A stretch of DNA of 32,000 nt from Pirellula staleyi DSM 6068 (GTDB lineage: Bacteria > Planctomycetota > Planctomycetia > Pirellulales > Pirellulaceae): positions 2,040,001 through 2,072,000 of the forward strand of contig CP001848.1 in the NCBI GenBank assembly GCA_000025185.1, read 5' to 3'. Both the position numbers and the translations under genes were made by a program. The notes under the pieces were generated by a model. That model did not search any database and had not been told where the DNA came from. It worked only from the letters and a program-made list of their open reading frames with translations. Positions within the stretch are counted from its first letter, which is position 1. Each line of letters starts with the position of its first letter. Shown in pieces: positions 17,701-26,686 of the stretch.

Positions 17701-17734
17701 CAACAGCGGTCGTCAGGAAACGTCGGCAGTGCAT
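14732..17734 (-). CDS. PVC-type heme-binding protein: membrane-bound-dehydrogenase-like domain + HEAT-like repeats + C-terminal cytochrome c domain
   Basis: Signal peptide. The N-terminal beta-propeller-like dehydrogenase domain contains DGVFD, PWRGGAFV and LYVVDFCRAVIEHPEFMP. A long helical-repeat middle region follows. The C-terminus has FEKNCSNCHKVG (CxxCH) followed by LMPEGLE. Confidence 0.9.
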   Translation of the reverse strand: MHCRRFLTTAVALCSLLALLSESPLLASEPQPPTPQTILASLKLPDDLSISLAAAEPLVIDPVAIRFDEHRALWVAEMRDYPFVEEGGNTPSSRISILRDTDGDGVFDVSTVFADNLRYVTGMQPWRGGAFVTVSGNVVYMKDTNGDFVCDEQEVWYTGFAEQNQQLRASHPRLAIDGWIDVASGLRGGKVTSPKFPEEPAVDLSGRDFRFHPRTGKFVAASGQSQFGLCYGPADERLLVSNRNPCRQVMIAEKYLAASPQISVVSVVHDVAPFGEASRVFPRSKAWTTSNLHAGQFTAACGVHCYRGNFLPESYRSGIFTCDPTGNFVHFEKLSGNSPALHSQSPYEDHEFLSSTNDWFRPVNLEVGPDGSLYVVDFCRAVIEHPEFMPDELRGRKDLRWGNSSGRIWRIEPKQVTSQQPRGQRIYRQIDTTPDSLVADLADDSREHRDLPHRLIYEQFLAGEMLPSIPLSAIAVGNHGQRSRHALWLLAIAGKLSQQDLHLAITARDPHTRVAAIQASETLPRPWNPESLIADPDPRVRYQALLSWRLFASQTPASLTKSEEELAAKIDLQILADDAADPWMVAAYRLAAGPRGSLLLAQRYLSRPGALWKSEHFAIDRALLVALASKTNADDQSLARALATKGATIVHGSTLSRATASQLEASMAILASLATAQNRAQPTLTGLVDQPLRSELSKLLEEVAVNPEATMTARLLALEVAAALSEKDDWLVQLALADSSQALRLLAIDLLGKRKLEEEAKLVHWRALVDQLPQEPPAIRRAVVAKIASDGTLATLVAAGLREKKLVASELDAGARQRLTKHPDEKLRVELERLLASAIPQDRTAALADYQKALSLTGDARRGSVIFEKNCSNCHKVGTIGVNVAPDISDSRTKTTSQLLADIIQPNRAIDNNYVAYSLLTVDGTTATGILTSETATSITLRQPGDKTLVIQRDEIEQLLSTGVSLMPEGLEKQIPHASMADLLAYIKEWRYLDGSIPKE

Positions 17735-17881
17735 CGGCAGGACACTTCACTTACGAGTTTTGGAACAAAACAGTGGCGAGACGACGCAAAACAAGTGCCA
17801 AAGTTGGCTATATTGGTAGCTTGCAAGGATCGAGCGAAACGCATCAGCAGTGGCGCCAGTGCAGTTCGCAAGAGAGGTGGG

Positions 17882-19060
17882 ATGGTGAAGAGGGGGATCG
17901 TGGTGATGACCAGTTGGCAAAACCAGATGCAGCAGATTGTGACGAAACTTCAGCGCATCGGAAAGCATTTTTTTGCTTCTGCTTCGATTCTGTGGCTCGC
18001 GACATACTTTGCAGTGGCCGGAACGTCTAGTTTCGCGCTCGCCGAAGATACCACCGAGGTGCAAAAGGCTGCCCTGCAAAAAGTTCGTTCGCTGCTATCA
18101 GCCCGCGATTTGCCAGGGGCCAAAGCAGCGCGTGCCGAAGCCGCTGCTGTCGAAGGACCAATCGAATTTCAAAACGAGCGCGCACGTGTCGAGACGCTGT
18201 ACGACGTGCTGGAGCAGTTTTGGGTTGCCGTCGATAAAGGGGGAAAATCGCTCGGCGGTGGCGAAGAATTGATGATCGGCGAGATGCCAGTCGCGGTGGT
18301 GGAATATCTCAACGGCAGCCTCACGCTTCGCGTGGCTGGGGCTAATCGAAGCTACACCCTCAAAACACTCCCACCCCGACTCGCCCTGGAACTCTCCTAT
18401 CGCGCTCTTCAAAAAGAGGCCCCCGTCAATCAAGTGCTGTTCGGCTGTTTCCTGATGCTCGATCCCAAGGGGGATCGCAAAATGGCCCGCGACTATTTAA
18501 CCACAGCCGCCAAAGCGAACGTCGAAGCCGCCACCTACTTGATGCCCGAACTCGAGATCCTCCCCCCTGCTCCGCCGATTGAGATCCCCGCGGTCACGCC
18601 GCTGATGAAAACGCTCCTCAATGCTTCTAGCTGGATGCTTCGGAGCGAGGCCGAGAAAGGGTTCACGAAAAAGCCGCTCGGTGATGTGGGCAAGAACAAC
18701 GACGAAGGTCGGCTTGTGGTGTCGTTTCCCGGCGAAGGAAAGCACCAACTGGTGACCAAACGCCAATTTGCTGGCGATTTTGTATTCCGGGCGATTCTGG
18801 TCGACGTGAAACAAGGGATGCAGTTCGGGGCCTTCGCAGGAGACACCCGCGACATCTCCCAAACCGTTGAACTTCCTGAAGGAACTGTGCTCGTCGAAAT
18901 CGAACGCAAACAAGGTGTCCTCAGTTGTAAGGTGAACTCCACAAAAGTCGACCTTGCCGATTCCGGCGAGATTCCGGGGCGTTTCAGCTGCGTGATCGGA
19001 CTCGGATCGTCAGAAGCAGCAGTGGTCACCGTGGCAGCTGTTGATATTCAGGGACGATAG
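17882..19060 (+). CDS. Secreted hypothetical protein
   Basis: The ATG at 17882 follows GAGAGGTGG. A hydrophobic signal/anchor (FFASASILWLATYFAVAGTSSFALA) is present. The C-terminal ~130 aa look like a beta-sandwich. I recognised no family. The track start at 17729 would overlap the divergent gene's start. Confidence 0.6.
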   Translation: MVKRGIVVMTSWQNQMQQIVTKLQRIGKHFFASASILWLATYFAVAGTSSFALAEDTTEVQKAALQKVRSLLSARDLPGAKAARAEAAAVEGPIEFQNERARVETLYDVLEQFWVAVDKGGKSLGGGEELMIGEMPVAVVEYLNGSLTLRVAGANRSYTLKTLPPRLALELSYRALQKEAPVNQVLFGCFLMLDPKGDRKMARDYLTTAAKANVEAATYLMPELEILPPAPPIEIPAVTPLMKTLLNASSWMLRSEAEKGFTKKPLGDVGKNNDEGRLVVSFPGEGKHQLVTKRQFAGDFVFRAILVDVKQGMQFGAFAGDTRDISQTVELPEGTVLVEIERKQGVLSCKVNSTKVDLADSGEIPGRFSCVIGLGSSEAAVVTVAAVDIQGR

Positions 19061-19266
19061 CTGGCGCCGCTATTAGCCGCTTCGTTTTGCCCGATCAGTA
19101 AATAGTGCCTAGCTCCGAGTGCTCGAGGTGGGGTTAGCACACCAAACGCACCGCTGCTGGGGTCGACGGGGGAGCGGTGCCGATGCACTTTTCGCTTCCC
19201 TTGCTTCGCGTTAGCATGCAGGATGTGACTCCTCTCGATTTTCCGACTTTTCCGCCTGGATCGTAC

Positions 19267-20526
19267 ATGCCAACTGCTCGCGATGTGGTGATAACCGGCC
19301 TCGGAGTTGTTTCTCCGATTGGCGTAGGACGCGAAGCGTTTTGGGGTTCCCTCACGAGCGGAAAGAGTGGCATTCGCGCGGTTACCGAACTCGGCGGCAC
19401 CGATCTGCCCTTCGCAATCGGCGGGGAAGTGGTGGGGTTTGAGCCCAAGGAATATGTGCAGCCTCGCAAAACATTGAAGGTGATGTGTCGCGAGATTCAG
19501 GCGGGCTATTCCGCCGCCATGCTGGCCATTGCCGATGCTAAGCTGGCCAAGGGGGCGATTGAGCCAGCTCGGCTCGGGATCGTCATGGGGAGCGAAATGC
19601 TCTACGGCGAAGTCCCCGAAATGCGCGATGTCTTCACCCACACCGCTGTCGACGGCAAATTCCAGTACGACCTGTGGGGCACCAACGCCATGCGCGATCT
19701 GTTCCCACTCTGGATGCTCAAATACCTGCCTAATATGGCTGCTTGCCACATCGGCATTGCCATCGATGCGCGTGGCCCTAACAACTCGATTGTGCAAGGT
19801 GCTGTGTCGAGTCTGCTAGCTGTCATCGAAGCAATGAGCGCCATTCAGCGCGGCGCTGCGGATGTGATGATCGTGGGGGGAAGTGGGTCGCTCATCAACT
19901 TCTCGGCACTTACGTTTCGAGGCTGGGAACAGATATCAAAACAGCAGCAATTGCCAGCTGTTTCGCCACGCCCGTTCGATCTGAATCGCGATGGCGTTTT
20001 GCTCGGCGAAGGGGCTGGCTGTTTGGTGCTCGAATCGCGCGAGCATGCTGAAAAACGTGGCGCAACACTGCTCGCCCAAGTGATTGGGAGCGCCAGCCGC
20101 TGCGAAGCGGGGCGTGGTCCCACGATTCAAGGGACAGCGATCGACCAATCGATTGCTGGCGCTTTGCGGTCGAGCCAACTCGACCCAGCCAGTGTCGGAC
20201 ATGTGAATGCCGAGGCCGGTGGTAGCGTGAAGTTCGATGCTCTCGAAGCACAAGCGATCCAAAAACATTTGGGGGATGTGCCGGTTTTTGCTCCCAAGAG
20301 CTACTTCGGCGACCTCGGTGCAGGAAGTGGAGCGGTTGAACTGATTGCCAGCGTGCTGGCGATTCATCAGCAGCAAATTCCCGCCACGCTGAACTTCGAA
20401 ACGCCCGATCCCGCTTGCCCGGTGAATGTCACCCGCACGACCACTCCCCTCGCCAAATCGGCTGCCTTGGTCCTCAACCATTCGATCTTCGGACAAGCAG
20501 CCGCTGTGGTCCTGGATGCGGCTTAA
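19267..20526 (+). CDS. Beta-ketoacyl-ACP synthase II (FabF)-like protein lacking the catalytic triad
   Basis: From the ATG at 19267 the protein begins MPTARDVVITGLGVVSPIG, a FabF-type N-terminus. It aligns without gaps to E. coli FabF around all three active-site motifs. The alternative upstream ATG at 19177 has a GGAG 8 nt upstream. Confidence 0.85.
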   Translation: MPTARDVVITGLGVVSPIGVGREAFWGSLTSGKSGIRAVTELGGTDLPFAIGGEVVGFEPKEYVQPRKTLKVMCREIQAGYSAAMLAIADAKLAKGAIEPARLGIVMGSEMLYGEVPEMRDVFTHTAVDGKFQYDLWGTNAMRDLFPLWMLKYLPNMAACHIGIAIDARGPNNSIVQGAVSSLLAVIEAMSAIQRGAADVMIVGGSGSLINFSALTFRGWEQISKQQQLPAVSPRPFDLNRDGVLLGEGAGCLVLESREHAEKRGATLLAQVIGSASRCEAGRGPTIQGTAIDQSIAGALRSSQLDPASVGHVNAEAGGSVKFDALEAQAIQKHLGDVPVFAPKSYFGDLGAGSGAVELIASVLAIHQQQIPATLNFETPDPACPVNVTRTTTPLAKSAALVLNHSIFGQAAAVVLDAA

Positions 20527-20657
20527 TCCGTCCCGCTAAGCAACTACAAATATTTTTCCCTTGAACAGCCGATGTTTCTAGGAAGAGATTCCTCGCGACC
20601 TGCTCCATTAGATACCGACGCACAAAACTGACTTTCTGGTGGCAGGAGCTTCCTCCG

Positions 20658-20867
20658 ATGGCAAAATCCAAAAACAAACTCTCGGCAAAGTCGCTTTCGC
20701 CTAAGTCGGGCAGCAGTAACGCTTCCGTCGCCAAATCGAGCGGCGATGTCGCTGGCGATGCCACCGCGATTCGGTCGATCGTCGGCAGCCCGGCTCTGCT
20801 CGGCATCAGCGTGGTTCTGTTCGCCACCTGGTTTGTGTTTCTCACCGTCGTCGCCTTCTGGGGCTAA
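20658..20867 (+). CDS. Small (69 aa) tail-anchored membrane protein, hypothetical
   Basis: CAGGAG lies ~12 nt upstream of the ATG. The N-terminal half is Ser/Lys-rich and likely disordered. There is a single C-terminal hydrophobic helix (PALLGISVVLFATWFVFLTVVAFWG). Support comes from composition only. Confidence 0.4.
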   Translation: MAKSKNKLSAKSLSPKSGSSNASVAKSSGDVAGDATAIRSIVGSPALLGISVVLFATWFVFLTVVAFWG

Positions 20868-21161
20868 GCTAAGCCATCGGCCGCTTGCCTTGCGGTTAAT
20901 TCGTACGGTTTTCACGAGTTTTTCGTGATCTTCCCCCTCTTTCTCGCTGGATATCAGAGCGGCTGATTCGTTTAGCCATTCCCCTTGCGCAATTGCCGGG
21001 CTACCATCAAAGTTCGCCTCCAGGAGCGAGCGCGACAGACCCGCCTGATCTACTTTCGATCGGGCGGCTGCTGTTGAGCGGATTCCCGGCCTGGCAGTTG
21101 TTTCCGAAACTTCGGATCGGTGCTTCCTCGCGACATTGGCTCGCGACCTGCTGCACCTGTG

Positions 21162-23468
21162 ATGCCCATGAACGCTCCGTTTTCACTTCCCCTCGTACAG
21201 CCCTCGGCTGGACGTCTTGGTGACCTCCTCACGACCCTGCGTGAGTCGAGCCCCTCACAGCCGACGGGACCTGTTCGCCCCCTTCCGATGACGCGCGAAG
21301 AAATGCAGGCGCGAGGCTGGGACGAACTCGACATTGTCTTCGTCACCGGCGACGCCTACATCGACCACCCCAGTTTTGCGATGGCCATTCTGGGACGCGT
21401 GCTGGAAGCAGCCGGCTTTCGGGTTGGCATTGTTTCTCAGCCCGACTGGCGCAAGGTCGACGATTGGCGTCGCCTCGGTAAGCCGCGTCTGTTCTTCGCC
21501 GTGAGCGCGGGGAACATGGACTCGATGATCAACCACTACACCGCGAATCGCAAAGTCCGAAACGACGATGCCTATTCCCCAGGTGGGCGTATTGGTCTGC
21601 GTCCCGATCGCGCCACACTTGCCTATTGCCAGCGCTCGCGCGAAGCCTATCCCGGTGTGCCGGTGATTGCGGGAGGCGTGGAAGCATCGCTGCGCCGTCT
21701 GGCCCACTACGACTACTGGAGCGACAAGGTCCGCCGCTCGATCTTGCTCGATTGCAAGGCCGATCTCGTGGTGTTCGGCATGGGTGAAGAGATCATCCTG
21801 CAAATTGCCCGCGCTCTGGCCGAAGGAAAAGACACCAAATCTCTGCGCGACCTACGCGGCATTGCCTACGCCTTGGGAGCGAGCGAACAGCCTCCCGCCG
21901 ACTCGCTGGTACTCCCCAGTTTCGAAGCGGTCTCGACCGACAAAAAGGCCTTCGCGATCGCCACCCGCACGATTCACAACGAAACCAATCCCTACAACGC
22001 CCGTCGCCTAGTGCAGTGGCACGACCGTCAAGCAGTGGTTTGTAATCCGCCGTCGCTCCCAATTTCGCAAGGCTCGATGGATGTGATCTACGGTCTGCCC
22101 TACACGCGCCGGCCCCATCCGTCGTACACCGAACCGATTCCCGCTTTCGGCATGATCAAAGACAGTGTCACGATCATGCGAGGCTGTTTTGGAGGCTGCA
22201 CTTTCTGCAGCATCACCACGCACCAAGGCCGCATCATTCAGTCGCGCAGCAAGGATTCGGTGATCGGTGAAATCAAGCGGATGACCGAAGATCCGAAGTT
22301 CAAAGGGACGGTCAGCGACATCGGCGGCCCGACAGCGAACATGTATCAAATGACATGCTCCAAGCCCGAAGTGGAGGAGAAATGTCGCCGCCAATCGTGC
22401 GTTCATCCCACGATCTGCAAGCTTTTAGGAACCAGTCACGAGCCCCTGATTGAACTGATGAAAGAGGCTCGCGAATTGCCCGGTATCAAGAAAGTGCTGG
22501 TGGCGAGTGGGATTCGGATGGACTTGGCCCGCCGCAGTCCCGAGTACATGAAAGACCTGGTGCAGCATCACGTTGGTGGGCATCTGAAAGTTGCTCCCGA
22601 GCATACCGATCCGGATGTGCTCAACAAAATGCGCAAACCATCGAACGACGACTTCGAAAAGTTCACAGCGTCGTTCATGAAGGAATCGAAGAAGGCGGGG
22701 AAGAAGCAGTACGTTGTCCCCTACTTCATCGCCAGCCATCCCGGCAGCGATCTCGATGCGATGATCAACCTGGCGGTGTTTTTGAAACAAAACGGCTATC
22801 GCCCTGATCAGGTGCAGGACTTCATTCCCGCGCCGTTCGATGTGGCGACCGCGATGTACTACACCGGCATGGACCCGTTCACTTTTAAGCCGGTCTACAT
22901 TGCCAAGCAACTGAAAGATCGCAAGCTCCAGCGCGCTCTGCTGCAGTTCTTCAAGCCCGAGAATTATTTTGAAGTGCGCGAGGCTCTGCAGCGGGCTGGA
23001 CGGACCGACTTGATTGGTGAAGGTTGCGACGCTTTGATCCCCGCCAATCCTCCGAAGGAAGCCCTCGCTCGTCGACGCTCGCAAGCCAACGAGCATTTCA
23101 GCGGGCAGTATGTCCATACGATTCCGAGCGGAAAGCCCGAAGCAAAAGATCGCCCAAATCCTGGGAAAACCGGCGATTCGCGCGGCGCGGTGAATCCGCA
23201 GTTCGCCAGCAAACCGCGCGTGAAGAAGCAAAAGTTTCGCCTCCCCTCGGGGAAAGTGATCGACGGCAATGCGCGTCCTGCAGGTGGCGCTGCACGACCT
23301 GCAACCGGTGGTGCGCGACCGGCGGGAGGATCGGGCGGACCTCGTCCTCCGATCACTGGCGGTACAGCGGGGGATGCTTCGCTGCAAAAGAAAAAGGGAC
23401 GAAAAAAAGAGTCGCGGCATCAGCCCGGACCCGGCTATCGTCCCGATACCAAAAAGCATCAGGGATAA
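21162..23468 (+). CDS. ygiQ: YgiQ family (UPF0313) radical SAM protein
   Basis: [46 protein letters not shown] matches the YgiQ N-terminal domain. Radical SAM cluster motif is CFGGCTFCS. The start is chosen at ATG 21162 (or 21168) by analogy with E. coli YgiQ, which has ~30 aa before LPMSREEM. The track GTG is at 21120. The C-terminus is a basic low-complexity tail. Confidence 0.9.
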   Translation: MPMNAPFSLPLVQPSAGRLGDLLTTLRESSPSQPTGPVRPLPMTREEMQARGWDELDIVFVTGDAYIDHPSFAMAILGRVLEAAGFRVGIVSQPDWRKVDDWRRLGKPRLFFAVSAGNMDSMINHYTANRKVRNDDAYSPGGRIGLRPDRATLAYCQRSREAYPGVPVIAGGVEASLRRLAHYDYWSDKVRRSILLDCKADLVVFGMGEEIILQIARALAEGKDTKSLRDLRGIAYALGASEQPPADSLVLPSFEAVSTDKKAFAIATRTIHNETNPYNARRLVQWHDRQAVVCNPPSLPISQGSMDVIYGLPYTRRPHPSYTEPIPAFGMIKDSVTIMRGCFGGCTFCSITTHQGRIIQSRSKDSVIGEIKRMTEDPKFKGTVSDIGGPTANMYQMTCSKPEVEEKCRRQSCVHPTICKLLGTSHEPLIELMKEARELPGIKKVLVASGIRMDLARRSPEYMKDLVQHHVGGHLKVAPEHTDPDVLNKMRKPSNDDFEKFTASFMKESKKAGKKQYVVPYFIASHPGSDLDAMINLAVFLKQNGYRPDQVQDFIPAPFDVATAMYYTGMDPFTFKPVYIAKQLKDRKLQRALLQFFKPENYFEVREALQRAGRTDLIGEGCDALIPANPPKEALARRRSQANEHFSGQYVHTIPSGKPEAKDRPNPGKTGDSRGAVNPQFASKPRVKKQKFRLPSGKVIDGNARPAGGAARPATGGARPAGGSGGPRPPITGGTAGDASLQKKKGRKKESRHQPGPGYRPDTKKHQG

Positions 23469-23533
23469 TCGTCGATCCCAGCAGCGGCTCGATCCTGCAA
23501 AGCCTTGCAGAGCAAGCAGGCAAAATAACTCGA

Positions 23534-24640
23534 CTAGCGGAGCAAGCTTCGATACAGCTCCGCATAACCGTCAATCATTTTGTCGAGCGAAAACTCCGTC
23601 CGCATGCGGTGCTGAGCAGCTGTGATCAGCTTCGCTCGAAGTGTGGCATCGTTCAGGATCAATTCGGTTTTTTTCGCGAATTCGCTGCGGTCACCGATGT
23701 CGACCAGAAAGCCATGCTCGCCACTCTGCATCAAATCACGATTGCCAGGAATATCGGTTGCGATTACCGGCACCCCCGCCTGCATCGCTTCCATCACACT
23801 GTTGGATTGCCCCTCGTAGCCACTGCAGAGCCAAAAGGCATCGAGGTGGGGGAGTAGCTCGGCAATATCTTTACGATGCCCGAGGAAATGGACTCGATCT
23901 TCGATTTCGACTTTCGCGCGGAATTGCTCGAGGAGTTTGCGCTGGGGACCATCGCCGATGATCAGCAGATGGACATCGTCGCGAATACATTTCAGCAAAT
24001 CGGTGGCCCAGATCGCATCCTTCATCCGTTTTTGGGGCCAGAGCCGACCAATTGTTCCAACCAGTTTGCCATCCGCGGGCAGGTTTAAACTCTTCAGCAA
24101 ATCGTTGCGAGTAAGTGAAGAGTTGCTAATAATCTTTTCAGGAATTCCGTTCGGAATCACGACAAACTTATCCGCAGGTATTCCCGAGTTCTTATAGAAA
24201 TCGACAACGCCACTGCTGTTGGTAACGATCTTCTCGGTGTAGCGCGCTTGGTAGCGATCGAGCCACAGTGCGGGAGTGCTTTTCCAGGGATCGACGCACC
24301 GTTCACTCGCTAAAATATGCTTAATTCCAGCAGATTTGGCGGCTGATCGTCCGTAGCTGTTGGCCGCGAAGAGCCACGTTTGCACGATCTGCGGCTGCAG
24401 GTCGCGGATCAGTTTTTTGAGCCGGAAGTAAGCAAATGGATCGACCTTCCAGCGCTTGTGGATGTGATGCACCGGAATGCCTGCCGCGACTAGTTCGCGC
24501 TCGTAGGGCCCGGTGTGTGTCAGGACCGCGACGTGCACTTCAAACTCGTCTCGTGGCAAACGTGTCGCGAGCAGCGTGCACTGCTTTTCAGCGCCACCTT
24601 GAACGAGGGTCGGAATGATTTGCAGAACACGTGCGGGCAT
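23534..24640 (-). CDS. Glycosyltransferase family 4 (GT-B, Glycos_transf_1)
   Basis: N-terminal RVLQIIPTLVQGGAEKQ and C-terminal LCSGYEGQSNSVMEAMQAGVPVIATDIPGNRDL (E-x7-E type motif). Confidence 0.9.
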   Translation of the reverse strand: MPARVLQIIPTLVQGGAEKQCTLLATRLPRDEFEVHVAVLTHTGPYERELVAAGIPVHHIHKRWKVDPFAYFRLKKLIRDLQPQIVQTWLFAANSYGRSAAKSAGIKHILASERCVDPWKSTPALWLDRYQARYTEKIVTNSSGVVDFYKNSGIPADKFVVIPNGIPEKIISNSSLTRNDLLKSLNLPADGKLVGTIGRLWPQKRMKDAIWATDLLKCIRDDVHLLIIGDGPQRKLLEQFRAKVEIEDRVHFLGHRKDIAELLPHLDAFWLCSGYEGQSNSVMEAMQAGVPVIATDIPGNRDLMQSGEHGFLVDIGDRSEFAKKTELILNDATLRAKLITAAQHRMRTEFSLDKMIDGYAELYRSLLR

Positions 24641-24721
24641 CGTGCGCGACTACTACTCAGGGGAGCTGGGCTCGTGGAAATTACTGGGTGAACGTGTGAG
24701 GAGATGCGAGGCTCGAAACGG

Positions 24722-25903
24722 CTAACGGGAGTTGCATGGCGGAATGGTCGTTTCGATAACGTCGAGGATACGCTTGATCATACTTCCCAGATCGAACCGG
24801 CGCAAAGCCGACTCGCGTGCGAGCATTGAGAATCGGTGGTGGGCAAGTGGATCGGAAATCAGGGTGGTGATGGCCTCCGACATATCGCCCAGGTTTTGCG
24901 CGCTGACGAGCAGCCCCTCTTGGGCGTGCGAGATGAGCTCGCGCGAAGTCGGGACATCACCAGCCACCACCGGCAAACCGGCCGCGAGTGCCGGGATCAT
25001 GCTGGTATGCGACGTGCTGGTGAGATGGGGCATCACCAGAGCGTCGGCAGCTGCGAGGAGTTCCGTGAGATCGTCGAACACACCGGGCATGCAAACACGA
25101 TAGCGCAGGTCGAGATCGGTGATCAGATTCCAAAGTTTCTCGCGCAGGTCGCCATCCCCGACGAGCCAGAGTCGAGCGGTGGGGAGCTTGGCCTGCACGC
25201 CGCGCCAGCTGCTGACAAGTTCCTCGAGTCCCAGCCCGGCAGCCAGAGGGCCATGGTAGATCGCCAACGGAGATCGCTGGTCGAGCAGTAGGTCGTGGTT
25301 CACATCTCCCAAGGCCTTGCGGGCCGCGATTTTGGCCTCGATCGTTCGCTCGGGAAAAGGGGTTATTCCAAGGGAAAGGCGAACGATTTTCTCGGGAGGT
25401 GCGCCATGAGCGAGGAGCTCTTCGGCGGCGACCTGACTTGTGCAGAAGAGGGCCTGACCGTCGAAACATCCACCCACCACACGCGCGCCGAAGTGCGAGT
25501 TCTGTTGCCACTGGATGTCGCCGCCGATGCCCGCTCCTTCACTCCATAAAAAGACAGGGAGCGACGTTCCGCGAAGGGCTCGCACCACGGCGTAGGCGTC
25601 GTAGCGCAGGCCAGAAACGATCACCGCATCGAACTGATTCTTATGGGTACGAAGATGCGACAAGAGTGACCAGAGATAGGTCAGCGTGTTCCAGGGCTGG
25701 AGGTGGAGCTGCGCGAGTCGTTCGACTTTGACTTCACGATGCACCACATGGGTGGGCCATTGCTTGCCGAGTGCAGCGGTGAGGATGGTGACCTCGTGAC
25801 CAGCGCGGCGCAGACCTTCAGCCAACCACTCGATGGCCTGCACCTGCTCGCCGGTTGCCGGCCAGTAGCGGCGGCAAACGACCGCCAGCCGGCGCGGCTT
25901 CAT
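24722..25903 (-). CDS. Glycosyltransferase family 4 (GT-B)
   Basis: N-terminal RRLAVVCRRYWPATGEQ…GHEVTILT and C-terminal LVMPHLTSTSHTSMIPALAAGLPVVAGDVPTSRELI. The start ATG overlaps the hpt stop (ATGA at 25903-25900). Confidence 0.9.
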   Translation of the reverse strand: MKPRRLAVVCRRYWPATGEQVQAIEWLAEGLRRAGHEVTILTAALGKQWPTHVVHREVKVERLAQLHLQPWNTLTYLWSLLSHLRTHKNQFDAVIVSGLRYDAYAVVRALRGTSLPVFLWSEGAGIGGDIQWQQNSHFGARVVGGCFDGQALFCTSQVAAEELLAHGAPPEKIVRLSLGITPFPERTIEAKIAARKALGDVNHDLLLDQRSPLAIYHGPLAAGLGLEELVSSWRGVQAKLPTARLWLVGDGDLREKLWNLITDLDLRYRVCMPGVFDDLTELLAAADALVMPHLTSTSHTSMIPALAAGLPVVAGDVPTSRELISHAQEGLLVSAQNLGDMSEAITTLISDPLAHHRFSMLARESALRRFDLGSMIKRILDVIETTIPPCNSR

Positions 25904-26427
25904 GGAGTGGTGCCTTCGATGTCGGCTGGCTCGAGCGACGCCAGGAACGGCAAGTTCCGGTAAGCATCGTTGTAGTCTAGCCCATAGCCGACGACGAATT
26001 CGTCGGGAATCTCAAAGCCGACATAGTCGGGCTCGAGTTTCACTTCCTGTCGACCTTTTTTCTTCAGCAGCACAGCCGAGCGGATGCTTTTAGGGCCGAA
26101 TTCGTCGAGCATGCCGATGACTTCGAACAGCGTGTGACCGGTGTCGAAGATATCGTCGATCAGCAGCACATCACGCCCCGCGATATCGGGCATCATCTCG
26201 GAATTGATGCGGAGTTTGCCGCGTGTGGTTCCGACATAGCTGCTGGTTTGCACCACACCCACTCGCAGCGGCATATCGAGCTTGCGAATCAAGTCGGCCA
26301 GAAACACGATGCTGCCAGTCATGATCGCAATGACCGTGAGTGGTCGACCTTGTTCGCGCTCGCGGATCGTTTGAGCAAGTTGCTCGACGGAGGCCTGGAT
26401 TTCAGCTTCGGAGACCAGAATTTTCAC
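25900..26427 (-). CDS. hpt: Hypoxanthine(-guanine) phosphoribosyltransferase
   Basis: PRPP-binding loop DVLLIDDIFDTGHTL and C-terminal DEFVVGYGLDYNDAYRNLPF. The GTG at 26427 gives MKILVSEAEIQ…, which is colinear with E. coli Hpt (175 aa). The track start at 26493 is a TTG, adds 22 aa, and remains possible. Confidence 0.88.
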   Translation of the reverse strand: MKILVSEAEIQASVEQLAQTIREREQGRPLTVIAIMTGSIVFLADLIRKLDMPLRVGVVQTSSYVGTTRGKLRINSEMMPDIAGRDVLLIDDIFDTGHTLFEVIGMLDEFGPKSIRSAVLLKKKGRQEVKLEPDYVGFEIPDEFVVGYGLDYNDAYRNLPFLASLEPADIEGTTP

Positions 26428-26686
26428 GGGAAGCTCGTCGAGGAAGGGACTGGTGGCAAGGGACAAACGGCAAGGTAGTTGCGGATCGGGCAAGGGAAGG
26501 CGCGGTTAGTGCTCCCCAGGTGTTGCAGCGTATTCTAGCGATCGAGGGGAGCCTAGGAACCGGGGAACAATAACTCTCGCTGGAGATATTCAGCCTCGCT
26601 ATCCGCCTCTCGTTTCCCGTCTCGCTGGAGGCTACGATCTGGCGTGGTGTGAGGCAGCAACGACGCGACCCAAAGCGAGCTGAGAT

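Noticed and set aside
19148-19180. 8-bp stem hairpin (GCACCGCT…AGCGGTGC) downstream of the hypothetical gene
   Set aside because: The loop is large at 17 nt and only a weak, displaced T-run follows. It also overlaps an alternative start codon for the KAS-like gene. The evidence is too ambiguous to annotate.
22425-23459. 344-aa ORF on the minus strand antisense to ygiQ
   Set aside because: It lies entirely inside a gene with unmistakable YgiQ/radical-SAM motifs. The translation is Arg/Leu/His-rich with no recognisable motif. This is the typical shadow ORF of GC-rich DNA.
23130-23465. Tandem ARPAGG / ARPATGG / ARPAGG repeats (23271-23330) and the Lys/Arg/Gly/Pro-rich tail of YgiQ
   Set aside because: They are in frame and continuous with ygiQ. 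I treat this as a low-complexity basic C-terminal tail rather than a separate gene, repeat element or CRISPR-like structure.
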